64,000 nt of DNA from a virus. Below the pieces are notes generated by a model. It worked only from the letters and a program-made list of their open reading frames with translations. It had not been told where the DNA came from and searched no databases. Positions 50,477-60,456 of the stretch are shown in pieces. Every line of letters starts with the position of its first letter. The first letter of the stretch is position 1. The stretch lies in IMG/VR virus record IMGVR_UViG_3300046804_004848, positions 64,001 through 128,000 of that record. One strand, written 5' to 3'. The position numbers and the translations under genes are program-made.

Positions 50477-51193
50477 TTATGCTGTTGCTGCTTTTGCCTT
50501 AACAGTTGTTTTTTTGGCAGCAGGTTTTTTAGCAGTTACTTTTTTGGTTGCTGCTTTTTTTGGTGCAGGTGCATGTTCAACCATAGTACCCTCCATTTGC
50601 GCTGCTTCCTTTATTAGTCTATCTGCTTCCGCTAACAATCCTTTAGCCTCTGCGCTCATTTTTGCTGCTTGTTGGCGCAAATTATTAGCTAACTCATAGT
50701 CACCAAGCATATCTTGATGTACACCCATTAAACGGTCAGCAGCAGGGGTTTCACCACGCATACGTTTAGCAATGTCAGCAGGATCTTGTAATCCTTGGCT
50801 AGCATCAATTTCAGCTAATCTACGTACTGCTGCTTCACCTTGTTCCATTTCATTGAGCAACTTGTTTAGCTCATTTAAACGAATATGTTGCTTAGGAGCA
50901 GGAGTCATCATAATATGTTCAGTATTGACTTTTTTAAGCATACCCTCACTATGCAATACTTGTAGGATAATCTTACCATCACGTGTGTGAGTGCGATTGA
51001 GTGCTTCAGCTAATTCTTTGCTTGATTGTCCGATATCGCTTTCAATACTTGCAATAAGTGGGTCATGAATATTTTGATTTAACAATTGGGTATAAACAAC
51101 AAGTGCCATGTGGTCTTCGCCTGGGAGTTGTCTAAAAACGACTGCCACTTTGCGATCACCATGCATCCCAATATGTTTTAAAAATCTTGCCAT
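50477..51193 (-). CDS. hypothetical protein with Lys/Ala-rich tail
   Basis: AGGAG RBS before MARFLKHIG; TAAATA upstream. Confidence 0.7.
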   Translation of the reverse strand: MARFLKHIGMHGDRKVAVVFRQLPGEDHMALVVYTQLLNQNIHDPLIASIESDIGQSSKELAEALNRTHTRDGKIILQVLHSEGMLKKVNTEHIMMTPAPKQHIRLNELNKLLNEMEQGEAAVRRLAEIDASQGLQDPADIAKRMRGETPAADRLMGVHQDMLGDYELANNLRQQAAKMSAEAKGLLAEADRLIKEAAQMEGTMVEHAPAPKKAATKKVTAKKPAAKKTTVKAKAATA

Positions 51194-51240
51194 TGGTATT
51201 CTCCTAATATCTAGTACCACAAATATTTAGGAGCATAGCG

Positions 51241-51570
51241 TTATGTAATTTTTATTTTACTTTTAAGGTGTGGGTTATGGTTAGAGAAAAATTTATGTCC
51301 AACTTGCCTAATCTGTTCAACAATGACTTGTGGTGTATGCTCAAAACATAACCTAATATCTTCTTCAGATAACGTGGAAACAAATGCATATATTTCATAT
51401 GCACGTTGTGGATTAAATTGTGCTCGCAAAATTAATTGATGCAATGGAACTGTTTGTGCTCTTTCATCTTTTAATATTTTCCAAACATTGGTCTCATCCA
51501 TTTTTGACACATTAAACAATGCTTCCAAACCAAATTCATCCCAACTTGCAATATAATTAAAATTACTCAT
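51241..51570 (-). CDS. hypothetical protein
   Basis: WDEFGLE, RA.FNPQR.YEIY motifs. Confidence 0.65.
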   Translation of the reverse strand: MSNFNYIASWDEFGLEALFNVSKMDETNVWKILKDERAQTVPLHQLILRAQFNPQRAYEIYAFVSTLSEEDIRLCFEHTPQVIVEQIRQVGHKFFSNHNPHLKSKIKIT

Positions 51571-51824
51571 TTTTTTAACAAAAAATAAACAGTTTCAAGC
51601 TCAACTAATAATTTTTCTAAACGTTCATCAGTCTTAGCTAAATCTCTACAATTTAAATAATCTTCTAAATTTAAACCTGCACATTGTTTACCAAAATCCC
51701 ATTCCTTAGTAGTTACACCATTATGAACAGATTTATAAATTCTTTCCTCACCATTTTCAGTAAGGAAAGAATTATACGCACCTATCTTATTGGCACTGAA
51801 AGTATTAGACCAAAATATGTCCAT
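51567..51824 (-). CDS. hypothetical protein
   Basis: 85-aa ORF. Confidence 0.55.
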   Translation of the reverse strand: MDIFWSNTFSANKIGAYNSFLTENGEERIYKSVHNGVTTKEWDFGKQCAGLNLEDYLNCRDLAKTDERLEKLLVELETVYFLLKK

Positions 51825-53125
51825 TATTTTTTATGATCATCATAAATTGCCCATGTTCCAAATGGAGGATTAGGGTTTGGATCACCATGAATAATCCATG
51901 TTGTATCGCAATAATTTGCATCACCCCATGAACCACAAGGATATCCATCAGTGAATACGACTAAGCGTTTTGGTTCAATATTTTCATCTTTAAGAAATTT
52001 AAAAATCGCATCAAAGTCTGTACCTCCACCACCTTTTAAAACATAATCAGTGATGCTATCCATGTTTTCAGAATTAAACTCTTGTAAGTTATAGCACTTG
52101 GTATCAAACGAAAACACGTGAATCTTATAATTAGTAAACATATCCATGATACCTTGAATTTCACTAAGGAAATCCTTACCTTGTGCATCATTGATACTAC
52201 CACTCATATCAACCCCTACGCAAATATCAATTTCTTCACTAAAATTCATAGAGGGTAAAATAGCATCAAGATGCCAACCACGCTTGCTAGGACGTAAGAA
52301 AGTATAATCATCACGCATAGTAGAAACAATATTAGTTTGAAGCAATTCTCTCCAAGGCATTTTAGGATCGGTAATATCATTAATCATGCGTTCAACACCC
52401 CTAGGAATTGAACCTGCTTCACTGCTACGTGCGGCATTGATGATATTTTGTTTGATTTCCTGACGCAATTCCTCACGCTCAGCATCAGTCATTTTCTTAG
52501 GTCCGTTCTTACTGCGACCTGTTTTATCCATATCTCCATCATCATCACTATCGGACTCACCTTCACCATCACCTTCAAGGTGCTCATCAATCATTTTATC
52601 AATGAGTGCGTCCATACTAATGGTTTTGACGTTCTTCATCAAATCATCATAGATTTCTTCAGATGATTTACCATCATACTTAGGTTCATACAAGCATGGT
52701 ACAGTGGTAATAAACTGACCTACATTGTGTCGTTTAAGGTCAGCGTTTACTGCGTAATCATTTGCAATGTTAAACATTTGACGGTCACGGTGACCGATCC
52801 TACCAATGTGATCATATACAACGTGAAGTACTTCATGACCAACAAGAAACTCTACCTCACCACGTGTAAGCTTCTTGATAAAACGACTATTGTAATAAAA
52901 ACGCTTACCATCAGTTGCTGCTGTAGCTAACCATTCATCCCCATTGATAAGTTTCAAACGGGTAGCAAGATTACCAAAAAACGAATGTTTGAGCAGCAAT
53001 GCTACACGTGCGCTTGTAAGAATGTCACGTGCTTCACGATCAAGCACAGGGTCAAACGGACCGATAAGGTCTTCAAATTCTTTTTTGAGTTTTTTGTTTT
53101 CTTTGGTATTTGCAGTGGTTGTCAT
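51824..53125 (-). CDS. metallopeptidase-vWA protein (DUF2201-like)
   Basis: TAATDG, HEVLH, N.A.DY.VN, DMSGS, GGGTDF, TDGY. Confidence 0.9.
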   Translation of the reverse strand: MTTTANTKENKKLKKEFEDLIGPFDPVLDREARDILTSARVALLLKHSFFGNLATRLKLINGDEWLATAATDGKRFYYNSRFIKKLTRGEVEFLVGHEVLHVVYDHIGRIGHRDRQMFNIANDYAVNADLKRHNVGQFITTVPCLYEPKYDGKSSEEIYDDLMKNVKTISMDALIDKMIDEHLEGDGEGESDSDDDGDMDKTGRSKNGPKKMTDAEREELRQEIKQNIINAARSSEAGSIPRGVERMINDITDPKMPWRELLQTNIVSTMRDDYTFLRPSKRGWHLDAILPSMNFSEEIDICVGVDMSGSINDAQGKDFLSEIQGIMDMFTNYKIHVFSFDTKCYNLQEFNSENMDSITDYVLKGGGGTDFDAIFKFLKDENIEPKRLVVFTDGYPCGSWGDANYCDTTWIIHGDPNPNPPFGTWAIYDDHKK

Positions 53126-53211
53126 AAATGTTCCTTTACGTAATAGCACCATCATAACATAGATACTATTTTAAATCAAGTGGGGGCATCTCAGCCCCCT
53201 TATCAAGCAAC

Positions 53212-54369
53212 TTACTTTGGTGTTACTGCTTCCTTGATGTACTTACCATATTTTTTATGGAAGTCGGTCAAAGTCTTAAGTTTGGTTGGGTCCATGTTCA
53301 ACTTGTAGGTTTTCAGTGCGATCCTTGCACCCATGATAACCAACTCAGTTTCAAAATTATCCATCATAAATTTAAAGAAATTGTCGCACATTTCGTGAAA
53401 CTTTTTCTCAGGTACTTTATTGTTGTCACTCAAGTCTTTCAATTCGTAGCACATACTAACAGTGAGTGAGTACATGGCACTAACTTCTTTAACTTGAAGT
53501 TCGCTAACTTTACCTTCAAGAATATCCATAGGGTCAGGCATTTTGTCAACAAGCTTACGGTGTGCCATAAACTTTACGGCAAGACCTTCACCAACAGTAC
53601 CCGCAACAATCTTAGTAAGCAAATCTGATGGAACTTTATCGCACTCTTGCAGAATTTTACTTACTGCGCACCAACTACGAGGAGTGGCAAACGCATGACC
53701 ACTGTTACGACCATCAAAATCGTACATGTCATTTTTAGCGAATGACAAGTATCCAACTACATCTTTATGTATATTGTTTTGTACTGCCCATGTTTGCCAT
53801 ACACCAAAGTCAGGGCGAACATCCATATGAACAAAACGGTTTGATAGTGGTGATGGCATACGATAAGTAACACCTTTGTCACTATCACGGTTACCTGCGG
53901 CAACAATGATTACATTGTCAGGTACACGATACTTACCAACACGACGATCAAGAACCAACTGATAAGCAGCAGCTTGAACAGTAGGTGCAGCAACATTCAT
54001 TTCATCCAAGAACAAAATAACACGTTCATATTGTTCAGCAAATTTAGCATCAGGAAACTCTGATGGTGGTGCCCAATCAAGGGTACCTTTAGTTTCTTCA
54101 AAATCTTTAGTATTTTCATTATACGCAAAATAAGTTTTATCTGCGTTAAAGAAGGGAATACCTTTAATATCAGTAGGATCAATTTGTCCTAAACGTACTT
54201 CACGTACTGCCCAACCGTTTTTACGTGCGATTGAACGGATAAGATCACTTTTACCGATACCTGGGGGACCCCACAAGAACATAGAAAGTTTAGTATCAAT
54301 TAAACTATGAAGCGCAGATTCTGCTTCATCAATTGTTAGACTAAAACTAGTATCAATTTTTCCCATCAT
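53212..54369 (-). CDS. MoxR-like AAA+ ATPase
   Basis: GPPGIGKS, FLDEMN, AAGN, NRF, TPRSW; promoter at 54414-54442. Confidence 0.9.
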   Translation of the reverse strand: MMGKIDTSFSLTIDEAESALHSLIDTKLSMFLWGPPGIGKSDLIRSIARKNGWAVREVRLGQIDPTDIKGIPFFNADKTYFAYNENTKDFEETKGTLDWAPPSEFPDAKFAEQYERVILFLDEMNVAAPTVQAAAYQLVLDRRVGKYRVPDNVIIVAAGNRDSDKGVTYRMPSPLSNRFVHMDVRPDFGVWQTWAVQNNIHKDVVGYLSFAKNDMYDFDGRNSGHAFATPRSWCAVSKILQECDKVPSDLLTKIVAGTVGEGLAVKFMAHRKLVDKMPDPMDILEGKVSELQVKEVSAMYSLTVSMCYELKDLSDNNKVPEKKFHEMCDNFFKFMMDNFETELVIMGARIALKTYKLNMDPTKLKTLTDFHKKYGKYIKEAVTPK

Positions 54370-54446
54370 GTATCCTTTGTAAGTTGGCTAGGTATTGCAT
54401 CAGCAATGTTTGAATCATAGCCTTATTAGCGTATGTTGTCAAGTGG

Positions 54447-54704
54447 TCACTGCGTTAAAGTTACAACAAGCAACCATTTTTCCAACACATCAATAGCGTT
54501 GTTAATTTCCAACAGTTTTTCTTTTTGTGCAATACTCGGTGTGGCACGATTACGATATTGTACATTTAAAATATTAAGTTCACGAACTAATTTATCTATG
54601 TTTTTCAATAACTTATGTGCGTCACCATAGTAACCATTTAAATTTTTAATATGGCGATATAGTTCTTCACGCTTTTCATTCCATTCATACACACTAGTAA
54701 GCAT
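54447..54704 (-). CDS. hypothetical protein
   Basis: helical ORF starting MLTSVYEW. Confidence 0.55.
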   Translation of the reverse strand: MLTSVYEWNEKREELYRHIKNLNGYYGDAHKLLKNIDKLVRELNILNVQYRNRATPSIAQKEKLLEINNAIDVLEKWLLVVTLTQ

Positions 54705-54718
54705 ACCATTACTTATAA

Positions 54719-54744
54719 AAAAAGAGGGCATAGCCCCCTTTTTT
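54719..54744. terminator. bidirectional terminator after the porin gene
   Basis: aaaaagagggcatagccccctttttt. Confidence 0.6.
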
Positions 54745-54766
54745 AACCACCTAAATTTAGCAAAAT

Positions 54767-55786
54767 TTAGAAACGATGACGTACACCAACACCTGCTACA
54801 CGAGTATCAGCCCATGCTGCATTGGTACGGTTAACTCCGTCATTACTGTAATTAGTATCACGCACTGCTGCATACATGTCTGTACGCTTGCTTAACGCAT
54901 GTGACAAACCAATTGCCCATGAAGATGTTTCTGCTGACTTATTGCCAACAAAATTGTGCTCATGCTTGGCATAACTAACCATTGCTGTATTTGCACCACC
55001 TAATGGCATGCTTGCACCAACACTGTAACCTGTATCTTCTTTGGTTACTGCGTCACTATGCTGTACACGATTCCATTGTGCAAAAACTTTTGCAGCTTTC
55101 ATGCTGTATGATGCACCAACAATTGTTGAACTCATGCTTGGCTTACCTGCACCTTGCTCAACATCTTGCCATGTTGCTGTAAGACCGATTGGTCCTGCAA
55201 AGTACATTGCACCAACACTTTTACCTGCTTGCTTAGTGCCTGTTGCATCATCTACAACACCTGCACTATAAACACCTGTAAGTGCTAATGGACCTGCATT
55301 AGTTTTAACTAAGACACTGTTGTTCCAACCTGTGTCAGAACCACCTCCACCTAAATTAAAATTACTTACACCATAACGTGCGGTAACAATAGGAGAGAAA
55401 ACAAAACTATCACCTAATGCATTAAATGCAATGGTTGAAATAAACATTGGAGTTGTAACACGACCAACCTGAATTTCACCTGCTTTGCTTGCTAAACTAA
55501 CATAGGCATTTCTTGCGTAAAATGTATCACCATTAAAACGACCTTGTGCTGCTGTGTCAGGACGTAAAAATGTCTCAAGAACTGCTGTTGCAGTAACATC
55601 ACCAAGTTTTTCAGTTGAACGTACACCAATATAACTTGTAGTCATACCACCTGAACTTACTTGATTTGTAGTTTGCTTTGCTGATGTTTGTCCATAAAAC
55701 GCATCCGCTAATCCATAAATGGATGTTTGTGCAGTAGCAACTGAACAAGCACTTGCAACCAACGCTGCAATTAAAAGTTTTTTCAT
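54767..55786 (-). CDS. Gram-negative outer membrane porin
   Basis: signal peptide, IYG..D, R.AYV.L...GE..VGR, LSKRTD.Y, terminal GVRHRF. Confidence 0.9.
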   Translation of the reverse strand: MKKLLIAALVASACSVATAQTSIYGLADAFYGQTSAKQTTNQVSSGGMTTSYIGVRSTEKLGDVTATAVLETFLRPDTAAQGRFNGDTFYARNAYVSLASKAGEIQVGRVTTPMFISTIAFNALGDSFVFSPIVTARYGVSNFNLGGGGSDTGWNNSVLVKTNAGPLALTGVYSAGVVDDATGTKQAGKSVGAMYFAGPIGLTATWQDVEQGAGKPSMSSTIVGASYSMKAAKVFAQWNRVQHSDAVTKEDTGYSVGASMPLGGANTAMVSYAKHEHNFVGNKSAETSSWAIGLSHALSKRTDMYAAVRDTNYSNDGVNRTNAAWADTRVAGVGVRHRF

Positions 55787-55897
55787 ACTTAATTCCTCTT
55801 AAATTAAAAAATACACATTAAAATGTGTGCCTAGATATTTACTTATGTTTAAAATTAACCACAAATAAACAAATTTCTTACGTAATAACTACTAATA

Positions 55898-56149
55898 CTA
55901 CTCATCATCCCATAGTTTTTTCTGTTCATGTCGCTGTTCCTGTATAGTTTTTTGATTAAAAACCTTTCTAGGATTTGAGCACAATAAACATTTGGGATTG
56001 CCACAATTCATTGCATGATGTTTAGCAAATTTATGTGGTTCCTCAACAATAAAACCATGTTCTTTAGCAATTTTTACTTGCTTATTGACAGCATTGTCGT
56101 TTTGAAGTCTTCTACGACTATGTTTAAATTTGTCGTGTTCTTCACTCAT
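55898..56149 (-). CDS. hypothetical protein with C-x4-C-x2-C motif
   Basis: CGNPKCLLCSNPR; TAAATA-N5-ATG. Confidence 0.65.
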   Translation of the reverse strand: MSEEHDKFKHSRRRLQNDNAVNKQVKIAKEHGFIVEEPHKFAKHHAMNCGNPKCLLCSNPRKVFNQKTIQEQRHEQKKLWDDE

Positions 56150-56160
56150 AATAATATTTA

Positions 56161-57339
56161 TCAATTTTCAAGTTGATTTACTAAATTCATTGCAGTTGCA
56201 GGACTTATTGTCCAACCTAAATGTCCATGTCCTGTATGATAGTAAATATTTTTAACTTTACTTTCACGCACAATGGGCATCATATTTGGAGTCATTGGTC
56301 GCAAACACGCCCAACTACTATAACAGCTTGTATCTATACTTGGAAAGTTTTCATTTATCCAATTTAATAATGGCTCAATTCTACTTCTTGTAATGTCACG
56401 ATTATAACCACATAATTCTGCTGTACCTGCTACACGCAATCTTGTTCCTAATGTTGCAGTTACAATTTTTGCTTGATCATCCAACAAACTTACTTTAGGC
56501 ATAGCATTATAAGACTTTACATCTTGGGCATCAATGGTAATACTATATCCTTTTACAGGATATATAGGTAAACTTTCACCTAATACTTTAGCCAAGTGAA
56601 CACTTTCAACACCTGCTGCTATAACTACTTTATCAAATCCACCAAGTAATAACCGTGGATCATTAATTCCATTATTAAATGAAACGCATGCATTATACTT
56701 AAGACGTATTGTATCAAGTAAACCCTTACAAAACTTATGAATATCACCAACCCAATCATCTTGTGTCCATGCTGCTCCAATTAAACCTTCCATATCTTTT
56801 AGGTTTGGTTCAAGGTCAATTATTTCTTTAAGATTAGTAATTGTTTTCCATTCACACCCATGATTTTCATAGATATCTTTGGCATCAAAAGCAGCATTAA
56901 AGTATTTTTGTTCTTTGTAAATATGTAAAATACCACTTTTGCTTTGATCAAATTCTAAATTTTCATCTTTTATAATTTGTTTATATAACGCTCTACTTTC
57001 TAGACCAAGCTTAATAGTTTCAATCGTATTTTGTTTATAAACATTGCTAGCAGTATGTTGTAAAAATTTGATAATCCATTTTATTTTATCTAAGTCTAAT
57101 GTAGGGTGAATCAATAATGGAGCATCTTTTTTTAACATCCATTTTAATCCTTTCAAAACATTAGCCCATGTTGTCCATACTTCGCTATTGCTTACACTGA
57201 CTTGTCCACCATTAGCATAGCTTGTACGCATTGCAGCGTAGCGTTCTTGTTCAAAAATGGTAACATCATGTCCACGTTTAGACAAAAAATATGCAGGTAC
57301 TACTCCTGCAATACCTGCACCAATAATTGCTATACGCAT
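56161..57339 (-). CDS. dadA: D-amino acid dehydrogenase
   Basis: IIGAGIAG, TSYANGGQ, YPVKGYS, RVAGTAE, LRPMTP, GHGHLGWT. Confidence 0.9.
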   Translation of the reverse strand: MRIAIIGAGIAGVVPAYFLSKRGHDVTIFEQERYAAMRTSYANGGQVSVSNSEVWTTWANVLKGLKWMLKKDAPLLIHPTLDLDKIKWIIKFLQHTASNVYKQNTIETIKLGLESRALYKQIIKDENLEFDQSKSGILHIYKEQKYFNAAFDAKDIYENHGCEWKTITNLKEIIDLEPNLKDMEGLIGAAWTQDDWVGDIHKFCKGLLDTIRLKYNACVSFNNGINDPRLLLGGFDKVVIAAGVESVHLAKVLGESLPIYPVKGYSITIDAQDVKSYNAMPKVSLLDDQAKIVTATLGTRLRVAGTAELCGYNRDITRSRIEPLLNWINENFPSIDTSCYSSWACLRPMTPNMMPIVRESKVKNIYYHTGHGHLGWTISPATAMNLVNQLEN

Positions 57340-57342
57340 TTA

Positions 57343-57858
57343 TTATCCCACTAATAATTTACATGCTGCGTTCATAACTGCTGCAATACGACCAATATCA
57401 CGTAACTGTTCAACAGTATAACCTTCTTTCTTAAGGGTATCATAATGTGCTTTTACACAAAAATGACACTTACCAACAATACTTGCACATAAACTATACG
57501 CTTCAAAATTAGCTTTAGTTGTGCCACCATGTGTGCCAATAACATTCATGCGTAACTGAGCAGGTAATCCCTTTAAATTTGCATCACCTGTCATTTCAAC
57601 ATACGGATACCATACATTATTTTGTGCCATTATACTTGCTGCTGCCATAGCTGCATCACGTTCTTTAGTATCTTGTATTACCCCATATAATCTTTCTACA
57701 ATACCACCATTACCTGTTGCTGCTGCTGCGGCTAGTGCGCAACATTCTGCTACAATTGGATCTAATGTTGAACGTAAAATTACTGCATCTAAATTTAACT
57801 TAATATCTTTAGCATAATCAGGTAAACCTTCTTTTAATACATTAACCCAAACCGACAT
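57343..57858 (-). CDS. ahpD: alkyl hydroperoxide reductase AhpD
   Basis: LPDYAKDIKLNL, MAQNNVWY, CHFCVKAH. Confidence 0.9.
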   Translation of the reverse strand: MSVWVNVLKEGLPDYAKDIKLNLDAVILRSTLDPIVAECCALAAAAATGNGGIVERLYGVIQDTKERDAAMAAASIMAQNNVWYPYVEMTGDANLKGLPAQLRMNVIGTHGGTTKANFEAYSLCASIVGKCHFCVKAHYDTLKKEGYTVEQLRDIGRIAAVMNAACKLLVG

Positions 57859-58528
57859 TACTTTCTCCTTTATGTTTCCTTATTCTAGTCCTGTAGTATT
57901 GTTTCATAGTTAAAACTACAGCTAGAACATACGGTAAACCATATTCTGACCAATCATGCAATGGATCAATATACTTGTCAACAAATGGTTCACCAATAAT
58001 CATCTTAAATGCAACTGCGTATAATACAAAAGCACCAATAAAAATAGTATCAGGATATTTTTCAAGCAATTTAGCAACCATTGTACTACCAAATAGTATA
58101 ATAGGTACACTTACCAATAAACCTATAATGATTAATGTCCAATTACCACCTGCTGCACCTGCAATGGCTAATGCATTATCTAAACCCATAACTGCATCTG
58201 CCATAACAATCGTACCCATAGCTCCCCAAAATGTCATAGAAGCCTTTATATCAGTATGGTCGCTGTTATTGGAGGTAAGTCTCCAAGCAATCCATATGAG
58301 TAAAAGTCCTCCTACAAACCGTAGCCCAGGTATCATCAATAAATATGTTAGCGCAGCAACACATAAAAAACGCACTGCAACAGCACCAAATGTTCCCCAA
58401 AACATTGCACGTTTACGCAAATGTTCAGGTAAATTCTTTGATGCCATTGCAATTACTAGTGCATTTTCACCACCTAAAACAATATCAATAAGAATAATTG
58501 CACCAAGTGCCCACAAAAACTCAATCAT
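57842..58528 (-). CDS. TerC/YjbE family membrane protein
   Basis: IDIVLGGENALVIA, ADAVMGLDNALAIAG. Confidence 0.9.
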   Translation of the reverse strand: MIEFLWALGAIILIDIVLGGENALVIAMASKNLPEHLRKRAMFWGTFGAVAVRFLCVAALTYLLMIPGLRFVGGLLLIWIAWRLTSNNSDHTDIKASMTFWGAMGTIVMADAVMGLDNALAIAGAAGGNWTLIIIGLLVSVPIILFGSTMVAKLLEKYPDTIFIGAFVLYAVAFKMIIGEPFVDKYIDPLHDWSEYGLPYVLAVVLTMKQYYRTRIRKHKGESNVGLG

Positions 58529-58652
58529 CTTTGTCTTTCTTATTGGATTTATCGTATAGGTAATTACCTAACATCACTGCTATTACTACACTAATAAAAA
58601 AGAAAAGAAATTTTACCTGATACACATCAAAAAGTGTTTCATATTCAAACAT
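58521..58652 (-). CDS. small membrane protein (43 aa, below the ORF-track cutoff)
   Basis: MFEYETLFDVYQVKFLFFFISVVIAVMLGNYLYDKSNKKDKDD, overlapping the ahpC stop and the terC start. Confidence 0.5.
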   Translation of the reverse strand: MFEYETLFDVYQVKFLFFFISVVIAVMLGNYLYDKSNKKDKDD

Positions 58653-59215
58653 TATAATGTCTCGCCACCAATAGAACGATTACATGCACAAAGTTCGCCT
58701 GTTTGTAATGCGTCAAGTACACGCAATGTTTCTTCAGGTGAGCGACCAACATTTAAATTATTTACTGTAACATGTTGAATAACATTGTCAGGATCAATTA
58801 TAAATGTAGCACGTAATGCAGCACCTGCAGGGTTATAAAAGACACCTAGTTGTTCAATAAGACTTAAATTTACATATTTCTCACCATCATAATGCTCACG
58901 TTGAGTATCAGCAAACTGAGTATGTGTAATTTTCTGTAAATCAGGATGTGCTTTTTGCCATGCTACTTTACAAAATTCGTTGTCTGTACTACCTGTGAGT
59001 AATACTGCATCACGATCTTCAAAGTCTTTGGCAAGTTTATCATAGGCTACAATTTCTGTAGGACATACAAAAGTAAAATCTTTTGGATAGTAAACGATAA
59101 TTTTCCATTTACCTTCAAAACTTTTTTCTGTGATTGTGAAGAATGCATCTTCAGGTTGATGGGGTTTAACCCCTGTAATTGCAAATGGTGTGAGTTTGTC
59201 ACCAACTGTTTTCAT
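58652..59215 (-). CDS. ahpC: peroxiredoxin AhpC
   Basis: YPKDFTFVCPTE, RATFIIDP, VGR, GELCACN. Confidence 0.95.
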   Translation of the reverse strand: MKTVGDKLTPFAITGVKPHQPEDAFFTITEKSFEGKWKIIVYYPKDFTFVCPTEIVAYDKLAKDFEDRDAVLLTGSTDNEFCKVAWQKAHPDLQKITHTQFADTQREHYDGEKYVNLSLIEQLGVFYNPAGAALRATFIIDPDNVIQHVTVNNLNVGRSPEETLRVLDALQTGELCACNRSIGGETL

Positions 59216-59307
59216 TTATTTTCTCCTTCTGTGTGTGAAAAATGAAACTAATGTCTAGGACATTATATTCACATTTTATTTATGTTTTTGCAAGAAATTA
59301 GGACAAA

Positions 59308-59949
59308 TTACTTGTGTTGATTAACCCATTGTTGCGCAACAGGTGTTAATGGTTTTCTTAAAAATTGTTGTACTTTTTTATAGGCAGGTTTAAAATCAGG
59401 ATCCATATCGTTTAGTACTATGACAAAATTTGATCCAAATACTTGTTGTAGCGCATCTTTACCAACTTGCACTTCAGCATGTGCTTTTTTAACCACTTCA
59501 TCAGGTACGCTACGTTCACGCTTACGGTTACGCTCTATAGCAACGGGTAAACTTGTATTAACAAATACCATCATGGTTTGATAACCAAGTGCTTCTAATC
59601 CTGCTTTGGTTTTAGCTGTTTTTTCTGCATCTTTAGCAGTACCATCAATAATTAAACCTATACGACCATACAGTAAATTACTTTCTTTTGTTTTGGTCAT
59701 TTGTTTGGCACGTTGTCTTACTATATCACGTTTTTCTTGTTCTTCAGGTGGCATCTTTGGGTCTAGTTTATGTTTGCGCAATAAAAATTCAAAAGCATCA
59801 TCACTATTAATAGTGCGAAGTCCTGCTGCTTGTAATCCTAATTTATGTGCGACAAAACTTTTCCCTGAGCCTGGCCCACCTGCCATAAACACAGCTTTAA
59901 AAATGTTAGGGTCATTGACCCCTTCTTGCATAAACTCTCTTGTAAGCAT
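59308..59949 (-). CDS. P-loop kinase (zeta/AAA_33-like)
   Basis: GGPGSGKS, INSDD, IIDGT, RN..RER.VP; N-terminus MLTREFMQE. Confidence 0.8.
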   Translation of the reverse strand: MLTREFMQEGVNDPNIFKAVFMAGGPGSGKSFVAHKLGLQAAGLRTINSDDAFEFLLRKHKLDPKMPPEEQEKRDIVRQRAKQMTKTKESNLLYGRIGLIIDGTAKDAEKTAKTKAGLEALGYQTMMVFVNTSLPVAIERNRKRERSVPDEVVKKAHAEVQVGKDALQQVFGSNFVIVLNDMDPDFKPAYKKVQQFLRKPLTPVAQQWVNQHK

Positions 59950-59959
59950 GATTATGTAT

Positions 59960-60385
59960 TTATGCTTTTAGTTCACCACGCTCAATCAACTTTTGTTTAT
60001 TATAACGATGACCTTCTTGTACTAATTCTTTATTTTCACCTTGATACAATACAGCATAGTTATTATCAATCATCCATTGATTTAAGCTTGAACCATCTTC
60101 CATAATGAATACACCAAGTATGCGACCAAATTTGTCATCATTATTGTCAGCTTTCATCGTTTGTATGCTTTGCCAACTACCTACAGGTAATTTTTCTGCT
60201 AATTTTTTCTTTGATAGCATACCCCGTACTTTTTCTTCAGCAATAGATGTTCTACTTTCAGGAGTATCAATACCTGCCATACGTACTTTTTGATTAGCTA
60301 AAATAATATTAAAACCTAAATCTAAATCAATTTCAACCGTATCACCATCTACAACTTTGTTAATTCTACAACGATAAATGTACAT
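59960..60385 (-). CDS. SNase/thermonuclease family protein
   Basis: VVDGDT, R.AGIDTPE, DKFGRILG. Confidence 0.9.
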   Translation of the reverse strand: MYIYRCRINKVVDGDTVEIDLDLGFNIILANQKVRMAGIDTPESRTSIAEEKVRGMLSKKKLAEKLPVGSWQSIQTMKADNNDDKFGRILGVFIMEDGSSLNQWMIDNNYAVLYQGENKELVQEGHRYNKQKLIERGELKA

Positions 60386-60456
60386 AAATATCCCCTTATA
60401 AAGATATTTATAAAAAAGGCATCCTAAGATGCCTTGTAAATGTGTCTAATTAAAAA

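Noticed and set aside
57975-58559. Long antisense ORFs (also 23023..23490, 35051..35497, 12902..13270, 59606..59971)
   Set aside because: They are shadows of well-supported minus-strand genes, with no RBS or recognisable motifs.
58529-58651. yybP-ykoY Mn riboswitch upstream of the terC-like gene
   Set aside because: No recognisable motif; the gap is filled by a 43-aa membrane ORF.
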